A DNA stretch of 64,000 bases from the human T2T-CHM13v2.0 reference genome, Homo sapiens. Location: NCBI RefSeq assembly GCF_009914755.1, contig NC_060926.1, one strand, 5' to 3'. The notes under the pieces are model-generated. The model made no database searches. It had not been told where the DNA came from and was given only the letters and a program-made list of their open reading frames with translations. Shown here one piece after another: positions 57,781-64,000 of the stretch (positions within the stretch are counted from its first letter, which is position 1; each line of letters begins with the position of its first letter). A program made the position numbers and the translations under genes.

Positions 57781-60462
57781 TCAAGAACTCTTACTTTATT
57801 ATTATATATACTACAAGCCCCTGGAGACATGTGGTATACATGTGGCGAATGACACTGTTTAAAGATGCCATTTATGTGCAGAATACTACTTAAAAGAATT
57901 TTTCCAGGAGGACATTACCGTGTCTAATTGACAGTAAAGCCCTAATAAATTCAAATTGCCTCACAATAATAATCAGTTGTCTCACAAAATATATTTTGGG
58001 TATTTCTAGAATAATTTTGGAAGATCTGATATTGAACCCTATGCCAAATAGCGTGGCATGAGGCCAGAGAACAGTGCTTGCCTTCCCCGTCTCCACCCAA
58101 ATTGTCCCTTGCTCTGGATATTATGCCAGTTCCATATTTGGGTGTATGTAAGAAACCACACATCTTACAATGTTATGTTATTATAACACATACAGTACAG
58201 CCAAGTGACTGTTCAGATACATACAGTGAAAGCTTTTTAATAAAGATGAGGTTATTATGCCTACCTATAGCTGATTTTCACGATATAGGATATTTATACC
58301 CCTTAAATAACTGCCTTTCACTATGTATTATCCCCCAAATAGTTGACAAAGAAGAGGGCAAATTTAACATGGAGTCCTTGAAGGCCCCCACCCACCCACC
58401 AGCAGTGTGTACTTTCTCAGCCTCATGAGTCATGGGCTGTGTGCATACAGTTGGCTCAGATGAGCTGGCACCCTTGAAACTGCAGCAGCTGCACTAAACA
58501 ATTACCCAGCTCTAACTGAGAAAATTTCCCATGGGGGACAAAGAGCCAGCTGGGCATTGCTGGTGCTTATCTGGTGGACGTTTGTTAGTTTGTATGAACA
58601 CTGAAATTCCCAGGGCAGCAATCAATGGGTGAGATAATTCAACCTGGAATACATTAACCCAGAAAACTGCAACTGGAGAAGCCCCTTTTGTTGGGGGCAC
58701 TCTATGCCTTCAGCAAAGCAAATTGCAAGCCTTGTCCGGAACATTTAGAACTCATATGAAGCCTCCCAAAGCCTGCCATCTCATTAAAGGAGTCTGGCGC
58801 CCATTAATGAAATTCATTTTACCAGTTCTCAGCTTTCTTGGTGAAACTTGCTGAAATAATGCCCTTAAACTTTCTGGTGAAAATTACACTGAAACTTTAT
58901 ATAGAGCAAACTTTTATAGAGCAAACTTCTAGTGTTAATATTCCAAGACATATTCATTATACCAGAGGCTGTATCAAAATATTAATATTTGCCTGGCATT
59001 ACTATTGGATAAGAATACCTCGAGAGCATCTTAATACATTCAGTAATTCAGCAAAACTCATTATCCTGAAACTATCATTTAACTTCTTATGAAGACAGAT
59101 GCTGAAACTAGATAATTTTTACAGCAGATATTATATTTTAATGTAACATATTTAAAATAAAGGTTATGAATCTGAAACTAATGAAATTTTCTTACCAGTT
59201 CATTTTAAATTACTTCCATTTTACTAAGCTATATGTCATTTGCTCTGTATCCTTAATATTATAGGTTCATTAGTATACTTTACTAAATATATTTTAAAAC
59301 ATCTTTCAATACAACTAATCTTGAGATAATTGATAAAACAGAGGTCAATCCTATACTATCTTTAGTAAATAATAATGGCAGAAAACATCATGTGTCATTC
59401 CCTAATGAACTGAAGAATGAAGGCCTTTCCAGAGAATAATTGCAAATTTGAAGCTTCAAAAACTAAGATTCTATTGTTACCTCCAGTGGAAACACAGCTT
59501 CTCAGATGTTAAAAAGTGGTTATGCACATTATTAAGTCTCATATTTGCAATACAAGCTTTTATATAATAACAATTAAAAATGCATTAGTCAGGAGCAGAA
59601 GTTGTAGCCTTGGGCATCAGATTTATTTATGTCTTAGTTACCTCAGGAATTAGGAACTAGGGCATCTAAGGGCTTAGGCTAGGCATATAAATGTTGTCAT
59701 TCAGGCCACCTATTTAAACTGATTTTTAAAGATAAATTTCCTAACCGCAGTAAGAAAAACAAGAGTGAAAGAGAAGTATAAAATTCTTGCCTAGCAGTAA
59801 GTAACGATTAAAGGCAGTATCTTGAAAGCTTAGAGCCTTATGATCATTCCTGACATTCTGCAGATTTTCCTGCCATGGTATCTTTTCACTTACTAACATG
59901 GACTCACCCCAGAGGAGACTAAGGCCCTGAATGAATGCATCACCAGTGCTCAGAGCTCAACTGCCAAGGGGCAGGGAGCACAAGAGTCAAAGCCAAGACC
60001 CAGGGCTTCTGGAGCACAAAGCTGCCTGGCAGCTTCATCAGCTGCCTTCTTCCTTTGGGCTCTCTTTCCAGTTCTTAGGCAAGCCTGCTTGAGAAAAAAA
60101 GTCAACAGGGTCTTTCCTGCAGGCTTCAGAGATAGAATAGAGAAGGAGGGACTTTATATGAGGGAAGTTTTATTTATTTATTTTCCAGCAGTCAGGCCCT
60201 AAAAAAAAGCAGGTTGTCATTTCTGTCTTCACAGGGAATAACACTGATACACACAAGAAGCAAACATATTATAAATTCTACAAAAATATTTTGTTCTAAT
60301 ACTTATTTATTTTCAGTAATTTCATATTACTGGATGAAATACTATTCCCCTCTTAAAAGCCAAATGCCATAATTGATTTAGGAGGGGATGTGGTAGAATT
60401 CTGACTCTACCTTACCTCTTCAAATGCGTGCCTACATTTTTCTATATAGCCTTCTGCCCAAA

Positions 60463-60760
60463 CATCTATCCATCCATCCATCCATCCATCCATCCATCCA
60501 TCCATCCATTTGCCCACCCACCCAACTTTTATTGAGCAGACACTGGGAAAACTATGAGAAACAAAAAAGACACAGCCCCTGTCCTCATGGAACTTAGTCA
60601 CTAGTGGGGCAAAATGGGTATGACACAAATAAGTACACAAATAAAGATTTCATCTCAATTGTGATATGTGTGATAGAAGATAAAAGGAAGGCACTGTGAA
60701 AGTGTGTGACTGGATGAATTTAACTCAGGTTAAGGAAGGCATCCTTGAGGAAATGGGCTA
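60463..60760 (-). mobile_element. L2 3' end with (TGGA)n tail ((CCAT)n at 60463-60509)
   Basis: TTTATTGAGCA...CCCTGTCCTCATGGAACTT, a typical antisense L2 end next to a tetranucleotide repeat. Confidence 0.7.
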
Positions 60761-62307
60761 GGTACAGTGGTAGAAGATAGAGGTCAGACTAGACACAAGT
60801 AGAGCCCATTAGACCGGGCCTTGGAAAGGTCTTCACACACCTGGATTAACTGCTCAAGGCTCCCAATGATCTGGGTATCTCCTGCAAGAAGCTATGTCCA
60901 TTTTCCATTGCCAATTGCAAGTACTCCACCTCTCCCCAGTTAATTGTTCATTATAGTACCATAGACTGTTACAGGTGGAAGTGGGCGAGCAGATTTTCCA
61001 GCAAGTATTTGTGATCTGCTTGAGGTCAGGGGGCACCATGTATTACCTCAGTGATGAGCATCTCATAGATTTAATCTACTTGTTTGGAATAAAATGTTGT
61101 AAGTGTAATAAGAACAATTTTAATTACAATATTTACTCTGTGATTCTTCTAATGTTATTCTGGAAAGTATTTTGTTTGTCTATAATCTTATAGGCTAGAT
61201 ATTTCCCTCATTCATTTTGCAAATTCTCTCCTTCACATCACCTCAACCCACTTCAGGGACCGCACAAAATGATTTCAAACCAAGTCCTCATCTGAATTAA
61301 TGCAAATTCAAAGTTAGGAAGTCCAAATCAATGAGGTTTTGAAGGCCTTATGACACACTGTATTTCCTCACCTTTCAGTCTAATATAAAGCCATAGAATC
61401 ATGATTCATTGATGTTTCTGGCACTAATTTAATTTCAAACCACCTGCTTGCCTCCCGTGTAAGGTAGGCCCTCAGGCAGTTAAAGCTTCTGACCTACTTC
61501 AGAGTTTCTTTTATGCCCTGGAATGCATCCCGTTTTAGAGAGCAGGTTAAACTCCAGAACATGTCCTTAATCATTGTGACTCCCTGGGCTTTCCTGGTGC
61601 TTTTTAGAAGGAAGCAGAACGGATCCAAATAAAACATACGGGCAATTTTTATTTTAAAGCTTCAGATCTGTTCACAGAAATCACGAGGGAGGGGAGAGAG
61701 GTACAGTACTGCACTCTAAATTTAGGTCAGTGGGAATGACTCAATTATTGAAAAATTCTACCTCTGACTGATAGAATGAGGCCCTGTAATGAGAATGGAA
61801 AAAAAAAAAGAATGTGAAAGTCTTTTTTTTTTTTCAAAAAAAGTCATTCAATAGCTTGAATATATCTTATATTCATTGATAAGTTGAATACAAATTATTT
61901 ATCTTAAAAAATAATGCTAATTATTTATTTGCTAAAGGATACCCTTGTGTATTGATGAAAGGTTTTATTTTTGTTATAGAAATATCAGAGTTTAGATTTT
62001 TGGCAAAATGAAAGGCTTGTGAACTTTATATATTCTTATAGATTTCAAGCAAGCATGTTTATTTGTTTATGAGAACAAATGATCAGTACCCAAAGTACAA
62101 TTCAAAACTTAACTGAATGAGCAATTGGCTTTGACAATTTAAGCATAAATCACATTTGTCCTAAATATATATTTTGGTTCTTGTTTATTTCATTTTTATA
62201 GATTAGAAATGAAATTTATATGCATACTCATAAGATGAAAAGGAAACAATAAATGATGTCTCCTAAGATAGAGGCAGATAAATTCAACTTGAGATACATT
62301 AGGAAAT

Positions 62308-62321
62308 TGTGTGTGTGTGTG

Positions 62322-62356
<35 letters not shown>
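62308..62356. repeat. Interrupted (TG)n microsatellite
   Basis: Read directly from the sequence. Confidence 0.95.
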
Positions 62357-62357
<1 letters not shown>

Positions 62358-64000
62358 GAGATGGCTGTATGACTGAAGTATAGAGTGAAATCAGATATCA
62401 AAAGCTGAAGAGAAATAATATTTTTACCTACCCGAGGATGCCTTTGGAGAAGCATTGTGGAGAATCCCTCCTAATGCCTTTTTTTAGTTCATTAATCCCT
62501 GCCTTTTAGTCTTTCTTAGAATGGAAAATAAATGCAGGCTGAACCTCAAAATAAGAGATGGAATTTATTTTAATTTCTACTTCATGACAATGTCATCTTA
62601 GATTTCATTTGAAGGTATTGCAAATGTAACTTGATATTCCATGAAGCATGATTTTGTCAAGAAGAACATCATTTCTTAAGAGTTTAATGAAGCTATTTTA
62701 AGACATTAGGAGAGGAAAGAAAATCTCTAGTTGAAGGCAAGCATTAGATTATGCTATAAAAAATGGAGTTCAGGTTACTTACTTTAAGAATTCTGTTTTT
62801 TTTTTAAATTTAAGCCTTATTGAAATACTGCAATTTTAAATAGACACTTGCGGTGTATGCATTTTTTTGTGGTTTTCCTGACTGATTACTACATTGTAAA
62901 TGATTCAGTCTTCAGTAAACACAGGAAGCTCCTCACAATTGTACATTCATTCTCCTCCTTCAGCAGAAGGCTGTTTGACTGAACCCCTAACTCCTTCTGA
63001 AGGTGAAAAAAGAGAAATGACTATAGCAATGGGATTGGGAGGGTACCTAAGGAAGGTGAACTTGTGGGAAATTTGGGAGGGTGTAAACCAGAGAGCCTGA
63101 ATCTAAAGCATATCTTTCCTTTCTCCTGCCATCCCTCACCTTCCTCCTGCATGTTTCCATCAATAAAATTCATTTGAGTTAATTAATTTCTCATTCAAGA
63201 TGCAAATATATCCCAGTGAGAACAAAACTCTCAGTTTTTCATGCAGCTTTTTACATGAGATACTCTCATCAAATTGGTGGCATTCAGAAAACATGGCTTT
63301 TTATTATGATGGGAACTGAGGGGATTTATTTTTAAACAAACTCTATTTATAATTTTGTATACTACCTGAGAACATTGGGCCAGTTTATCAGATAGTCATC
63401 CATGATATGAAGGGAACATTTTGGAATGGAAAACTGGCCTGGGAGAATGGTCTAGCTTATATAGGGCAAGAAGTTACGAAGTGAGGGGGTTAAGGAAAAA
63501 GAGGTGGAAAAAGGAGGATGGTTAAGAGATCGGAGCTGTCTCATGCTACTCTTCCCACAGTTGCCTCTGGGACTTTGCCTCCCCTATTCACTGGGCTTGA
63601 AAATCACTGTGCTGCTTTTGGTGACTGCCTTGCACCTGCTACCTGAGTCTCCACCCAGCTGACATCCTTCTGGCTTCCTTCGTGTTTTAATGTCGACAAT
63701 GATTCTTCTGGCTCCTCCAGACTGGGTTACGTGCCCCCTTTCTGCTCACAGATTGCCCCATTTATTACCAGTATAAATTTTGTCACACTTCGATTTTCTC
63801 TTATTCTTTCTATCTTTTCCCACTCAACTAGATGGCAGGGATGTGTCACCACTGTAACCAGAGTTTGTGAAACAGCATCCTTTTCAGATTAGGCATTCCA
63901 TATACATCTGGAGAACAAAAAAAATTATTTGCAGTTTTGCCTTGGAAATGACACTAAACTTTTACTGAATGTCTACAATGAAGAAGATATTATGCCTACT

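Noticed and set aside
61020-61040. AGGTCAGGGGGCAC, a CTCF-like or DR1 nuclear-receptor-like motif
   Set aside because: A single partial motif is not evidence without binding or conservation data.

Overview
This is primate (human-like) genomic DNA: AT-rich, about half interspersed repeats, and lying entirely inside the voltage-gated K+ channel gene KCNH7 (ERG3/Kv11.3) on the minus strand. Three coding exons have canonical AG/GT boundaries and splice in frame: 29107-28682 (426 nt, S1-S3), 18259-17860 (400 nt, S4-S5-pore GFGN-S6) and 6195-5996 (200 nt, end of S6 and C-linker). From memory these are exons 7-9. The rest is intron, containing a full-length SVA with target-site duplication (TSD), four large L1 pieces, nine Alus, several MaLR/ERVL LTRs (some solo LTRs with intact 5-bp TSDs), L2/MIR relics and microsatellites. 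Almost all other ORFs in the track are repeat-derived or chance. I found no convincing new biological system. The best leads are a read-through truncating C-terminus whose stop codon overlaps an AATAAA, the antisense full-length SVA with an extra 5' G, a templated-insertion scar in an L1, a nested 114-bp duplication in an LTR, and two AT-rich stretches with unusual CpG retention. Repeat subfamily calls are by eye against remembered consensus sequences, not computed.
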